DNA of 64,000 nucleotides from Paraspadella gotoi (taxonomy: Eukaryota; Animalia; Chaetognatha), in the NCBI GenBank assembly GCA_051294375.1, contig CM119268.1, forward strand, positions 6,799,731-6,863,730, given 5' to 3'. Shown piece by piece: positions 14,401 through 27,166 of this stretch. Below the pieces are notes generated by a model, which searched no databases, had not been told where the DNA came from, and was given only the letters and a program-made list of their open reading frames with translations. The position numbers and the translations under genes are program-made. Position 1 is the first letter of the stretch; each line of letters begins with the position of its first letter.

Positions 14401-14660
14401 AACGTGCGACCGGGCGGTTTTGGAGGGGGTGAACTAACCACGCGTACGTCACCCGATGGCGAGGTTCGACGAAAGCCAGCACCGCAAGTGTATCAGCCCC
14501 GCGGAGAGGCGCCCTCCTGGTGCCGCATCGCCGCAGCGTCAGCAGCGTCAAGGAGTTGGGCGGCAGCGACGCAAATTCCCATCAGCCGCAGCGGGGAGGA
14601 GGAGTTGGCGGAGGGCAGCATTGAGTGAGGGTGAGGAATTGGGCGGGTTAAGCTCCGAAA
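11411..14660 (-). CDS. Class A (rhodopsin-like) GPCR, copy A, including the only TM7 exon; indel-ridden sequence
   Basis: The terminal exon 11589-11411 reads VRVLVCLDDFFLVL[gap]NSSLNFFIFIIIGRFFRKSF...stop, a TM7/helix-8 pattern like the NSSxNFxIY..FR of FMRFamide-receptor/srw-like GPCRs. Upstream exons (~13060-12055, ~13534-13375, ~14299-14009, ~14660-14440) are noisy copies of the copy-B exons. Confidence 0.7.
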
Positions 14661-15321
14661 GGGTGAGGGTAAGTTTTAAAGGAATTATTAGAGTCGTTAG
14701 GACTGAATTACGGACAATTTGATAAGTGCTAATTTGGGTTGGGTTTTAAGGAGCTGATCCTAGATTGATTGAGTATGGCGGTTTGATATAAGATTTAGAT
14801 TTGAGAAAAGTTTAAATTTGAATTGATTCCGATTTAATTTTTCTCAATCTTTGTGAATTTAATTAATTTTTTCGTCGGTCAACCGTCATTTGAAAATAAA
14901 TTTTGATGAAAATACTTTTATTTGAAATAGTTTCAGTCTTTTCAGGGTTTTCAGGAAAAAAAAGAAGCCCGGCTAAACTGCGTAGGTTCGCTTTTGGTTA
15001 TTGACCAAAAAAGATAACGTCGTCTTCGTCGTCGTCGTTCGTCGTCGTTCGTTCGTCGTCGTCGATTATCGTCCTCCTTCGCGAATTTGTTTGTCATATT
15101 TATTTTTGGTTTTAATTGTCGGTTTTTATTAAATGTTAAAACCTAAATTGAGAGCCAACCTTTTCTTATAAATATAATGTTTACCATGCTTTGGAATCAA
15201 TACGACGGTACCCAATTAAGGAAGGCAATCCTGGGAAGTTATCAGAGTTAACAGAATTCAATCAGTCGTCAGTTCCAAAAATTTTCAAAAACTATGCTGT
15301 CAATTTTCATCGTCTCTCTCT

Positions 15322-15364
<43 letters not shown>

Positions 15365-15517
15365 TTCTTTCCTTTTTCCCTTCTCTCTATCTCCTCTCTC
15401 TCACACATAGCGCGCGGGCCCGAATTTCTCACTATGCCGTTCTCTGTTATGTTTGCTATTTATTAGATAATTTTGATTGTTTACTGGAAACTTCAGGATG
15501 AAATTATCGAGATCAAA

Positions 15518-15552
<35 letters not shown>

Positions 15553-16112
15553 TCGACGATCACGACACCTAACGGCATCCATAAGCAAAAATAGAAGTAG
15601 CTTCGTTGGAAATAGGACCAGGGTGAAGCAATAGGGACTCGTTGAGCTCGAAACCTTTATCAGGGTTAAAATTGAACTACAGTAGAAATCGTTTTTTTTT
15701 TTCAAAAATCATGATCAATGGTTTTTATTTATATAGACGGTAATAAAAATAGGCTGTTCAATGATACGGATTGTAATCCTGTTGTTTAAATTACATAAAT
15801 CAGTATAATGTATGAATGAGGATCAAGCCGAGGAAGAAAAGTAAAGAAAAATTAGGTTATAACTTTTAGAACGATCAATAAGCTTAAAAAATATCCGGAT
15901 GATTACGACCAGAAAAAAGTGTTTATTGTCTCTCGAGTGGATGAGTATTAAATTTTAATTTACAAGGTTCTTGGTTGTTGTTAAATGTCAAATTGGAATC
16001 ATCGAGGGCAATGTTTTAAAGTGGACGAAGCAATGATAAGCGAATAGATTTTCGTATAAATATTAATTTTTCATTTTCGTTTTGACACGGTTTTTTTATT
16101 CTGTCGTCAAAA

Positions 16113-19100
16113 ATGAACGTCCTTTTAGTAATTGCAGTTCTTGTTGGGGTGCGCCATGTGCAAGGTAAAATGGAAGTTAACCAGAGCGCAAATGAAAATC
16201 AACTTTTATTATTGTCAATTTGTACCAACCAAACAAATCGTACCACTAAAGGAAATTTTGATTAAAAAATATTAAGAATATTATACTTAAGGGAGTGTTT
16301 TTTCATACAATTGGACATTCTTTGAAACAATATACCACTTCATTGATAGGAAGTCAGGTACTCTGGGAGTGAATAACGAGGACTGTGAGAGAGTCTTGAT
16401 TGAAAGCTTGCAGAGGACCTTCTGTATATTATCTATTGTAGAAGTGATTCGGAGGCCTTAAACCACCAAAGCCTGTCCAGAAGATACGCTTGTATATAAT
16501 GAATGGATATTTTTATATTGGTTGTACCAATGTCATTATATATACTTTTAAAAAAAAGTGGTATCGATTTAAACGTAGTTTTAAAGGAACAATTATAACA
16601 CATTCTATGCCGTATTGGTCAACCAGGATTGTGGCCAAAAGGTGAATACGGATCCCGCATCATCGGTGGCGCATGAACGCCGGACATGGGGAGTTCCCTT
16701 GGCCAGGTAAAAAAAAGATCTTTTCACCACGAATCTAATCAAAATTTACAACGTCACATTTTTTGTTCTACCTTCTTCTGGCAGATATCCTTGCAGTACA
16801 ATGGAAGGCACATCAAGTTTGCGGCGGAACCCTGGTCAGGCTCTCGTTTGGGTTCTCTGCGCCGCTCACTGCTTCCAGGTCTAAAAACCCAAGTTACAAG
16901 TAAACGATGATGATTTTTTTGTATTAGGAATTGAATTTGCCTTATTTCATATATTTGATACATTCCACCACACGATATTATCCAATTAACAAAGACAAGA
17001 ATGCGGAATAATAACATCATTGGTAAACTATTATAGGTTGAAATTATTATCAAAGGCTTGCGGTTTGCTTTTAATTAAAAATTCCAATTTCGACGGTTAT
17101 GAAAAAATTTAAACAAATAACAACAACAACAACGAATCAGGGTCCGCACGGAGAGTGGCACCTGCGCAGCTCCAGGACGGGCAGCTGATGATGACATCCA
17201 AAGTCTCCGAGGTGCACGTCCACACCGGCAGTTCAAACAGCCCGCCAACAGTTCCAGCACGACATCGCACCTTGCTCAGGCTGTCTAGAGACGCTTTAGG
17301 TGGGTAAGGAGACGACAGGCGGCTGAGGAGAATATTAGTTTTGAAATTTTCTGAAGTTATTTTTCAATGATATTTGATCTAAAAAAAGGCGATCAACTAA
17401 TGCTTCTTATCCTTAAAATCCTCCAGGCGCCATACGTGGAACGGCCTGCATTTCCTCGCCCCGCAGGAATTATCGCAGGCAACACCGACTGCTTGGCTGT
17501 CAGGATGGGGTCTCGTGGTCAGGCATTCCCGGAAACTCTCGCCACACTCTCCAAAAGGTAGGGGTCCGGTCACGATAGTTTAGTTTCTCAACGAATCTCA
17601 CGGCAGGGGGATTCGCAAAGATGTTTCATTGAGTCCCTTCAAAGGCCATGTCAATGGACATTGTTCATTGTCCATTTGTCCAGTGCCACTGTCCGTCTAC
17701 CTCCGTCACAAAATACATTGTTTTTTCATTCGAACTCATTTCCTGTCCGTTTATTTTCCGCACATATTGCCAATTGATTTAAAATTGATCTAAACCAACG
17801 AACCTTATTCTTTATCAATTCCTTCAGGTTCCGGAAAGATTTTGGACAAAATCCGAGATGGACCCAGGAATGGGACGCAAACGCGCCGCCTGACACGATA
17901 GCCTTTGGGGAAGTGGCGTCGCTGGTCAGGCCTGCATGGTGAAGTCAGAAGCATTTAAGGGGATTTAAACTGTGGTGAGAATTAGCGCAGTTCAGAGGGG
18001 CATTCTTCCACAAACATTCATAGAGGCTAACTCTCACTGGCGCGTTTTAGTTATCGGTTAGTAGGATCGAACGCGGACTCGTCGGTTTAGTCCATATGAA
18101 CACTTGCATGCCTGTCAGTGCTAAACCGATACGGGCGTCGGAGTGCTAAGCGAGGGAAAGGAGTTTAAGGAGCGTTCTTAATTAATCCAACTTCAATGGA
18201 CTTTTTACGCCATTTTGAATTCCTTTATTAAATGATTGGATGCTCGATTTTTTTGGGGGGCAAACAAGGGGGTTGTGTTTATAACCTTTTCCCTGGCAAC
18301 TTTTTTTTTCCTTAAATTTTTTTTTTTTTTTTCCCCCTAAAAGTAAAAGTTTTCGATTTTTCCCTTCAAATCCATTCACCTATACCCCCTCCCCATAAAA
18401 TCTCACAGGTCGACAGCGGCTGCCCCTTGTCTGCAACAACGCGGCGGGGACTTCGACGTCCGTCGGCCGTCGTCTCCTCGCCGGAGAATGCGCGGTAAAA
18501 CCCGGAGTCTTCACCGAAGTGGGGCCTTCACCGATTGGATCTTCGCGTACGAGGCGTTAGTCCGGGGAGGCGACGGGTTGTTTACTTATTATTAATTCAT
18601 TATGTTATTCGTTTATTAACATCGATAATCGCATCCTTTTTCGTTGCTAGGAGGGAGAGATTCGGCGGCGGGGCGATGGTCGGGGACGTGCGGTACAGAT
18701 GGCCTCCGGGCGGATGGCGGCTGACGCGGCGATGGCGGCGACGGCTGGAACTGCCGGCGGATCCGGCGGCCGCGCGAAAGGCGGCGCTGTACTCGCCGGA
18801 CCACTTGTGGCCCATTGAATCTGACTGCTCCCAAATCTATTCAGTAGAAGCGACAACCCATTAAATGTATCTGACCTTGTACAGATTCCGGGCATTGCAG
18901 TAAGTCAACGTTGCCTCCATTTAGCATGACACCTTGCGTTCGGACATAGGGCGCCGTGACCGGTGACTTATTGCAGTACAAGCCATCAGCTCATGACCAC
19001 TAGTGAGCGCGAGTTCCAACTCCCCAACCCGGATACCTTGCCACTGCTGGGGGAAGGGTTGAGGACGGCCCGTAACACGGCATTTCTCGGCTGGACCTTG

Positions 19101-19465
19101 GGAAACCCCTCCAAGCCTGGTTCTATTACTGCCTGAAGGGAATAGAAGTTACGGATAATAGTCTTCAGCTCACTTAGCGCCTTATTCCACATATATATCA
19201 CATTACTAAGGTTTTATTTAAAATATTTTAAAACTAATTCGAGGATTACAGCCTTAATTTCAGAGGAAAAGGCCAAGTTGATTACGTAGAAATTCTAGTA
19301 ACAGTCTAAGTAACATTAGCATAAAAATTAAACGTCCCTGCCTCAATCCGTTCAGATGCATCGGACCAGGTGTCGGCATCTCTTACGGCACCTGCGCGCC
19401 AGGATTGAAAGTTCAACAAGGCGATCGCAACTGCGATTGCGGGCTGCCAACGTCCCATTTGTTAA
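16113..19465 (+). CDS. Chymotrypsin-like protease-CBM14 gene, copy A (frameshifted; raw-read-quality duplicate or pseudogene)
   Basis: Colinear with 23960-27166 across all nine exons, but with dense 1-nt indels in both exons and introns. Confidence 0.7.
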
Positions 19466-19977
19466 TCCGTTGTTCTTTCTGTGTTAGTAGTTAAAATAAA
19501 CTTTCCGAGTCTCGCCACTCTCTTTCTGGTCTCTCGCTATGTCTTTATTCGAATTAAAATATAACAAACTTATTAACGTATAAATTTCGATTTTTTTTTT
19601 TTTAATTTTAATAAAAAAAAAAAAAACACATTAATTTTTAACATCGAAGGCCTTACCAAAATATTAGCAACCACCGTATCTGACTCTCTCTTACGGATCG
19701 ATATTTTTGCTTTAGCGTCTGTCTGCCTGCGACTGCCTTTTCGTCCGTTCATGCCCGTCTTTCCGTTTGTCCGCCTATCTTCAGTCCGTCAGTCCGTCTC
19801 CTAGTCTCTCGGCCTGTTGTTGCTTGTCCTAGATTTGTTGATTCATTTGCCTCGGCAGACAATCTATCTATCGGTCCGTCAGCCCGTCTGTCTGTTTGCC
19901 GTCAGTCCGATTTTCTGTCTGCATGTCAGTCAGCCCGTCTTTCTCTCTGTCTGTCTAATCTGTCATTCTCCCTTCAC

Positions 19978-22570
19978 CGTCGATCATGTTCCAGAATGCA
20001 GACGAGATGAACAGGAACGGAAGATGAGCAGACGCGAAGACGACGACGGGGCGAGGACGAGACGTTCCATGGGCGCCACGTCGACGACCACGCCGCCGCC
20101 GCCACCCCGCCGCGGCTGCCACCAGCCGCCCCGCCACCACCGCCGCGGCTGCCACAGCCGTTACGCCTCCACCGCCGCGGCTGCCACAGCCGTTTGCCGA
20201 CCTTCAAGCGCCATCGGTTTCGTCGCGATCCACCGGTTCATTTTTCCGAGCTTTTTCGTCAGATAGGCAGCTGTAGTCGACGATTCGTTTTGTTTTTTCT
20301 ATTTGAGATGAAGTTGTATTTGGAGAGAGTCATCTTTGTGACGTTCGTCGTCGGTCGTCGTCGTGTCCGTGGTATTGAGGAAAAACAGTCGTCTGAACAC
20401 AATTCGGAATATCGTTTCAGTTTGCGACTGAACCGTGTATTGTAAGGGTTTATAATATTCGTAGAAATATGGTCGACCGATGGAGACTCCTTATAATTAT
20501 CTAATTTGGTAAAGTTATTCGATTTATTAATGTCTAGTAATTCGTCACTCGAACCCGATTTGACTTTGGATAACTTGTCGTTAAGATTTACATCATCTAC
20601 CGGCGCTATCCCGTTAAGATTCAGTTCTAATCCGCTTGAGTTCTTATTGAGATTTAATTTTAATATACTTGACTTTATATCGTCTTTTGGTTCAATAACT
20701 AGAGACATAGCGCCGCGTTTACGTTGAGCAACGCGCGATTTTGCCTCTAGAATTTTTTCAATGCTAGATTTGGAGCTAAGATTTATTTCCTTAACCCGAG
20801 ATTTGTGGAAGAGATTTGGTTTAACGTCGAGAGATTTGGCGTCGACGTTCGAATCGACTTTTCGAGATTCCGAGGAAAGTCTCGATCTCAGTTGACGACC
20901 GAGTCTATGTGTCTTGACGACGACGATAGTAGAACTGACTACGACGATTGCAAGAGTCACGCAGACCTGAGGGAAGAGAGAGAAAGAGGGTGAGAGAGAA
21001 AAAGGGAGAAATGGAGGGGAAGGCGGGATGGTGTCGTCTTTATTACTAACTCCTGTANNNNNNNNNNATGGCACAGAGGGGAATTAAGGGATTGTAGTAA
21101 AATTGAGAATTGGCACGGGGAAATAAGTTCTCAAAGTACTAGCAAATATCAAAATATGCAAGATATGGAAGATCATAGAGGATTATTCCGGCCAATCGGT
21201 GCGACCAAGCCGCAGCTGATCGCGGTATTAAACTCACCCAAAACTCTGGCCAAAGATCAACGACCTCAACTCACCCTAACTCACCCAAGAAGAGATGAAG
21301 ATGACGATGGCGTTTTCCGATTCCTTCGAAGGGACGTTGACGACGACGACGACGAAGACGACAAAGAAGACGACGGGCGTCACGACGCCGACGATCAGCG
21401 TCTCCTTCAAGTGACTGCATTCGCTGCGACGTAACTCGTTGGATCCTGAGTGGGCGTGGCTGCTTTTTAAGTTCTCGGTTTGAAGTCAATATATGATAAG
21501 TGTGTAGTGGTGCTATGTACAAAATTGTAAAATTACAATAAAACAAATCCTGCAAATAATTATTAGCTAATCTCAGTGGATGAGTATTATAAGGGACCAT
21601 CCCGTCTGTGAATTGCGGTTTTAATACCGACTCTCCAACGCTGCTTTGGCAAAGAGCGAGCGTGCTAAATAGGTTATGAAAGCGCCAGTGACATTCGGTG
21701 CAAATCGGTGAAATACCCCCCGCTCTGGGAATCACGGCAGTCCTGCCCTTGCCATTACGATTCCTGTGTACTACGTAATCTTGAATCCTAAGCTGGAAAT
21801 ACGTTTTTAAAACTTATGACCTCGGATTACTACTATAAAAATGACGACGACTGTATCAGCGTCGTACACAACACAATCAGTCACAATCTATGAGCGCAAA
21901 AAAACGTCGCCACGTCCACTAACCGCGCGCGATGCCCATGAACATTGCTCTCGCTCGCTTGACGGCGATGAACGCCGTCAAGAATCGCCCGACGCCAACG
22001 AAGACTAGAGTAAAGACGGGAAGGACGATGCCTGCGTCGCGCGCCACCAGGTAGTGCTGGACGTAGAGGACGCCGGGAGGCGAGACGGCGTTGGAATCGA
22101 CGCCGGAAGTCGAGGAGTCGTTGGCGGCGACGGGGGCGGCGTCGATTCCCGATCGCAGGAGAAAGTCGTTCAAATCTTTCAGATTTTTGTGCGGAGAAGA
22201 TTTGAGAAAGTAACTGAGGAGGGAAGGGGGGGGATGATTAAAAGATTAATGGTTAATGAATAATGATTATTAATTAATGATTAAAGACAAGTTAGCTAGG
22301 TTACTATTGGTGCGGAACGTGCGACCGGGCGTTTTGGAGGGGGTGAACTCACCACGCGTACGTCACCCCGATGGCGAGGTCGACGAAAGCCAGCACCGCA
22401 AAGTGTATCAGCCCCGCGGAGAGGCGCCCTCCTGGTGCCGCATCGCCGCAGCGTCAGCAGCGTCAGGAGTTGGGCGGCAGCGGACGCAATCCCATCGCCG
22501 CAGCGGGGAGGAGGAGTTGGCGGAGGGGCAGCATGGAGGAGCGGTGAGGAATTGGGCGGTAAGGCTCCGA
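19978..22570 (-). CDS. Class A GPCR, copy B (TM1-TM6 exons; best sequence)
   Basis: GT-AG joins between these exons are in phase. Exon ~22570-22353: ..PNSLTLLTLRR..LIHFAVLAFVDLAIGVTYA (TM1 N and TM2 LAxxD; needs indel correction). Exon 22213-21924: CYFLK..GIVLPVFTLVFVGVGRFLTAFIAVKRARAMF (TM3). Exon 21445-21285: TLIVGVVTPVVFFVVFVVVVVN..AIVIFISSW (TM4/5). Exon 20966-19978: VCVTLAIVVVSSTIVVV, a long ICL3, then MERLVLA/VVVFASAHLPFLF (TM6; indels near the 3' end). The TM7 exon exists only at 11411-11589. The start codon is uncertain. Confidence 0.75.
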
Positions 22571-22894
22571 AAGGGAAGGGTAATGCTCAAAAGGATTATT
22601 AGAAGACGAAAGGAAATTTGATAAGGCTAATTTGTGGGAAGAGATTAAAATAGATATAAGATTTAGATTTGAGAAAAGTTAAATTTGAATAGATTCCGAT
22701 TAATTTGTGTCTCAAAATCTTGTGAATTAATTAATTTTTCGTGTGTCAACGTCATTGAAAATAAATATTGATGAAATACTTTATATTTATGAAATAGTTT
22801 TCAGTCTTTTCAAAGGTTTCAAGGAAAAAAAAGAAGCCCCGGCTAAACTGTGTAGGTTCGCTTTGGTTATTGACCAAAAAAGATAACGTCGTCT

Positions 22895-22936
<42 letters not shown>

Positions 22937-23181
22937 TCCTCGCGAATTTGTTGTCATATTTATTTTTAGGTTTTTATTTGTCGGTTTTATTAAATGTTAA
23001 ACCTAAATTGAGAGCCAAACCTTTTCTTATAATATATGTTTACCATGCTTTGGGATCAATACGACGGTACCAATTAAGGAAAGGCAATCCTGGGAAGTTA
23101 TCAGAGTTAACAGAATTCAATCAGTTCGTTCAGTTCCAAAAATTTTCAAAACTATGCTGTCAATTGTCATCGTCTCTCTCT

Positions 23182-23225
<44 letters not shown>

Positions 23226-23382
23226 CTTTCTCTTTTTCCTCTCTCTCTCTATCTCTCTCTCTCTCACACATAGCGCCGCGGCCCAATTTTTCTCACGATG
23301 CCGTTCTCTGTTATGTTTGCTATTTATTAGATAATCTTTGATTGTTTACTGGAAACTTCAGGGATGAAATATCGAGATCAAA

Positions 23383-23423
<41 letters not shown>

Positions 23424-23959
23424 TCACAACTACCTAACGGCCTCCATAGCGAAAAGTGAAGTAGCTTCGTGGAAATAGGACCAGGTGAAGCAATAGACTC
23501 GTGAGCTCGAAACCTTTATCAGGGTTAAAATTTAACTACAGTAGAAATAGTTTTTTTTTCAAATCATTGATCAATGGTTTTATTTAATATAGACGGTAAT
23601 AAAAATAGCTGTTCCAATGATACGGATTGTAATCCTGTTGTTTAAATACATAAATCAGTATAGATGTATGAATGAGGATCAGCCGAGGAAGAAAAGTAAA
23701 GAAAAATTAGTTATAATTTAGAACGATCAATAGCTTAAAAAATATCCGATGATTACGACCAGAAAAAAGTGTTTATTGTCTCTCGAGTGGATGAGTATTA
23801 AATTTAATTTACAAGGTTCTGGTTGTTGTTAAATGTCAAATTGGAATCATCGAGGGCAATGTTTTAAGTGACGACTTAACTGATAAGCGATAGATTTTCG
23901 TATAAATATTAATTTTTTTCATTTTGCGTTTGACACGGTTTTTTATTCTGTCGTCAAAA

Positions 23960-26900
23960 ATGAACGTCCTTTTAGTAATTGCAGTTCTTGTTGGGGTGGC
24001 CCATGTGCAAGGTAAAATGAAGTTAACCAGAGGCAAATGAAAATCAACTTTATTATTGTCAATTTGTACCACAAAACAAATCGTACCACTAAAGGAAATT
24101 TTGTTAAAAATATTAAAAATATTATACTTAAGGGAGTGGTCTTTTCATACAATTGGAACATTCTTTGAAAAATTATACCACTTCATTGATAGGGAAGTCA
24201 GGTACTCTGGGAGTGAATAAACGAGACTGAGAAAGTCTTGATTGAAAACTTGCAGGAACCTGCTATGTCATTATCTTGTAAGAGTGTTGGAGGCCTTAAA
24301 CCACCAAAGCCTGTCAAAAGTCAGGGTCAAGATAGCTTATTTCTTAAATGAAAGAATAATTTTTATATTGGTTGTACCAATGTCATTATATACTTTTAAG
24401 AAAAAAGTGACGATTTGAACGTAGTTTGAAAGGAACAATTTAACAAAATTCTTATGGCCTTATTGGTCAACCAGGATGTGGCCAAAAGGGATACGGATCC
24501 CGCATCATCGGTGGCATGAACGCCGGACATGGGGAGTTCCCTTGGCAGGTAAAAAAAGAATCTTTGTCACCACGAATCTAATCAAAATTTACAACTTTCA
24601 CATTTTTTGTTTACCTTTTTCTGGCAGATATCCTTGCAGTACAATGGAAGGCACATTTGCGGCGGAACCCTGGTCAGCTCTCGTTGGGTCCTCTGCGCCG
24701 CTCACTGCTTCCAGTCTAAAAACCCAAGTTCTTACAAGGTAAACGATGATGATTTTTTTGAATTAGGAATTTGGAATTTGCCTTTATTTCCATCATATTT
24801 GATACATTCACCACACGATATTATCCATTAACAAAGACAAGGAATGGGAAATTAATAACATCATTGGTAAACTATTATAGTTGAAATTATTATCAAAGGC
24901 TTGCGGTTTGCTTTTAAGTAAAAATTCCAATTTCGACGGTATGAAAAAATTTAACAAATAACAACAACAACAACGAATCAGGTCCGCACGGGAGAGTGGC
25001 ACCTGCGCAGCTCAGACGGCAGCGAGGATGACATCCAAGTCTCCGAGGTGCATGTCCACAACGGCTTCAACAGCCCGCAACAGTTCCAGCACGACATCGC
25101 CTTGCTCAGGCTGTCTAGAGACGCTAGGATGGGTAAGGGACAACAGGCGGTGAGGAGAATATTATGTTTGAAATTTTCTGAAGTTATTTTCAATTGACAT
25201 TAGATATATGATATTTGATCTAAAAAGGCGATCCATCCTTCAAGCTTCTTACTCCTTAAAATCTCCAGGCGCCTACGTGGGAACAGCCTGCATTCCTCGC
25301 CCCCGCAGGAATTATCGCGGCAACACCGACTGCTGGCTGTCAGGATGGGGTCTCGTGGTCAGGCATCCCGAAACTCTCGCCGACACTCTCCAAAAGGTAG
25401 GGTCCCGATCAGATATGTCTAGTTCTCTACAATCTCACGGCAGGGGAGTCGCAAAGATGTTTCATTGAGTCCCTCAAAGGCCATGTCTAATGGACATTGT
25501 TCATTGTCCATTGTCCACTGTCCAGTCTACCTCGTCAAGGGCAACACAACAAAGTACATCGTTTTGACATTCGAACTCATTCCTGTCCCGTTTATTTTCC
25601 GCACTATGCCAATTGATAAATGATCTAAACAACGAAGCCTTATTCTTTATCCAATCCTTCAGGTTCACGGAAAGATTTGGACTAAATCCGAGATGGACCA
25701 GGAATGGGGACGCAACGCGCCGCCTGACACGATAGCCTTTGGAGAAGTAGGTCGCTGGTCAGCCTGCATGGTGAGTCAAGAGGCATTACGGGGATTTAAC
25801 TGTGGTGGGAATTACCGCTGTCCAGAGGGGCATCTCACCAACATTCAAAGAGGCTACTCTGACTGGCGCGTTTTTACCTCGCTTAAGTATCGGTTAGTAG
25901 GATCGAACGCGGGACTCGTTTAATCCAGATAACACTGGGTGCTAAACCATGCGGGCGTCGGAGGCTAAGCTAAGGGAAAGGAGTTTTAAGGCGGTTCTTA
26001 ATTAATCCAACTTCAATGGAACTTTTACGCCATTTTGAATTCCTATTATTAAATGATTGGGAGCTCGACCGCAAGTTGTGTTTAAAACTTTTTGCAACAT
26101 TTTCCTATTTTTTTCCCCCTAAAAGTAAAAGTTTCGATTTTTCCCTTCAAATCACATTCACCTATACCCCCTCCCCTTAAAATCTCACAGGGCGACAGCG
26201 GCGGCCCCTTGGTCTGCAACAACGGCGGCGGCTTCGACGTCGTCGGCGTCGTCTCCTTCGGCCCCGGAGAATGCGCGGGAAAACCCGGAGTCTTCACCGA
26301 AGTTGCGGCCTTCACCGATTGGATCTCGCGGACGAGCCGTTAGTCCGGGGGAGGGAGGGTTGTTACTTATTATTAATTCATTATGTTATTCGTCATTATT
26401 AACATCGATAATCGCATCCTTTTCGTTGGTAGGAGGAGAGATTGGTGGCGGGGATGGCGGAGATGGCGGGGATGGCGGCGACGGCGGCGACGGCGGCGAT
26501 GGCGGCGACGGTGGAACTGGCGGCGGATCCGGCGGCGCGGGAAAGGCGGCGTGTACTTCCGCCGGACCACTTGTGGCCCATGAATCTGACTGCTCCAAAT
26601 ATTATCAGTAAGAAGGACAACATAAATTGTATTGTACTTGCAGTCGGGCATTGCGTAAGTTCACGTTGCCTATTTGCATGACACCTTGCGTCGTGACCGG
26701 GTGACTTATTGAGTAAAGCCATCAGCTCATGACCACTAGTTGGCGAGTTCAATCCCAACCCGGTACCTCGCCTGCGGGAAGGGTGAGGACGGCCGTAAAC
26801 GGCATTCGGGGCCTGGAAAACCCCTCAAGCCTGGTTCTATTACTGCTGAAGGGACATAGAAGTCACGGATAATAGTCTTCAGCTCACTTAGCGCCTTATC

Positions 26901-27166
26901 CACATATTATATCACGTTATAAGGTTGATATAAAAGTATTTTAAAACTAATTCGAGGATTCAGCCTTAATTTCAGAGAAAAGGCCAAGTGTTACTAGAAA
27001 TCTAAGTAAAGTCTAAGTAACATTAGCATAAAAAATAAACGTCCCTGCCTCAATTCCGTTCAGATGCATCGGACCAGGTGTCGGCATCCTCGGCACCTGC
27101 GCTCCAGGATTGAAGTTCAACAAGGCGATCGGCAACTGCGATTGGGCGGCCAACGTCCATTGTTAA
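23960..27166 (+). CDS. Secreted chymotrypsin-like serine protease (peptidase S1A) with Gly-rich linker and C-terminal chitin-binding type-2 (CBM14/peritrophin-A) domain, 349 aa
   Basis: Nine GT-AG exons join in frame: 23960-24011, 24475-24548, 24628-24738, 24982-25132, 25269-25396, 25663-25770, 26191-26338, 26433-26607, 27064-27166 (1050 nt). The protein has signal peptide [18 protein letters not shown], activation site CGQKGYGSR|IIGG, triad motifs AAHC / DIALL / GDSGGP and S1 residue Ser (WSACMGDS). A (GGD)n linker is followed by the 6-Cys [42 protein letters not shown]. Confidence 0.95.
24148..24392. mobile_element. ~240 bp dispersed repeat (MITE-like) in protease intron 1
   Basis: A clearly homologous copy lies at 62664-62896 in unrelated flanks (gatagggaa..ctctgggagtgaataaacga..ccttaaaccaccaaagcctgtc..tattggttgtaccaat). 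A short imperfect terminal inverted match is present (aattggaaca / tgtaccaat). Confidence 0.6.
25790..25965 (-). mobile_element. tRNA-derived SINE-like element in protease intron 6
   Basis: The minus strand reads gcatggtttagcac..gagtcccgcgttcgatcc (A-box-like and B-box) without a full cloverleaf. Confidence 0.45.
26695..26905 (+). mobile_element. tRNA-derived SINE-like element in protease intron 8
   Basis: The head GACCGGG-TGACTTATTGAGTAAAGC-..CTCATGA..-GAGTTCAATCCC-AACCCGGT has acceptor-stem pairing, A/B boxes and a Met-like CAT loop, but the anticodon and T stems are broken. A unique body follows. Confidence 0.6.

Noticed and set aside
26695-26767. Functional tRNA-Met gene
   Set aside because: The anticodon and T stems do not pair, there is no terminator, and the sequence continues into a SINE-like body.
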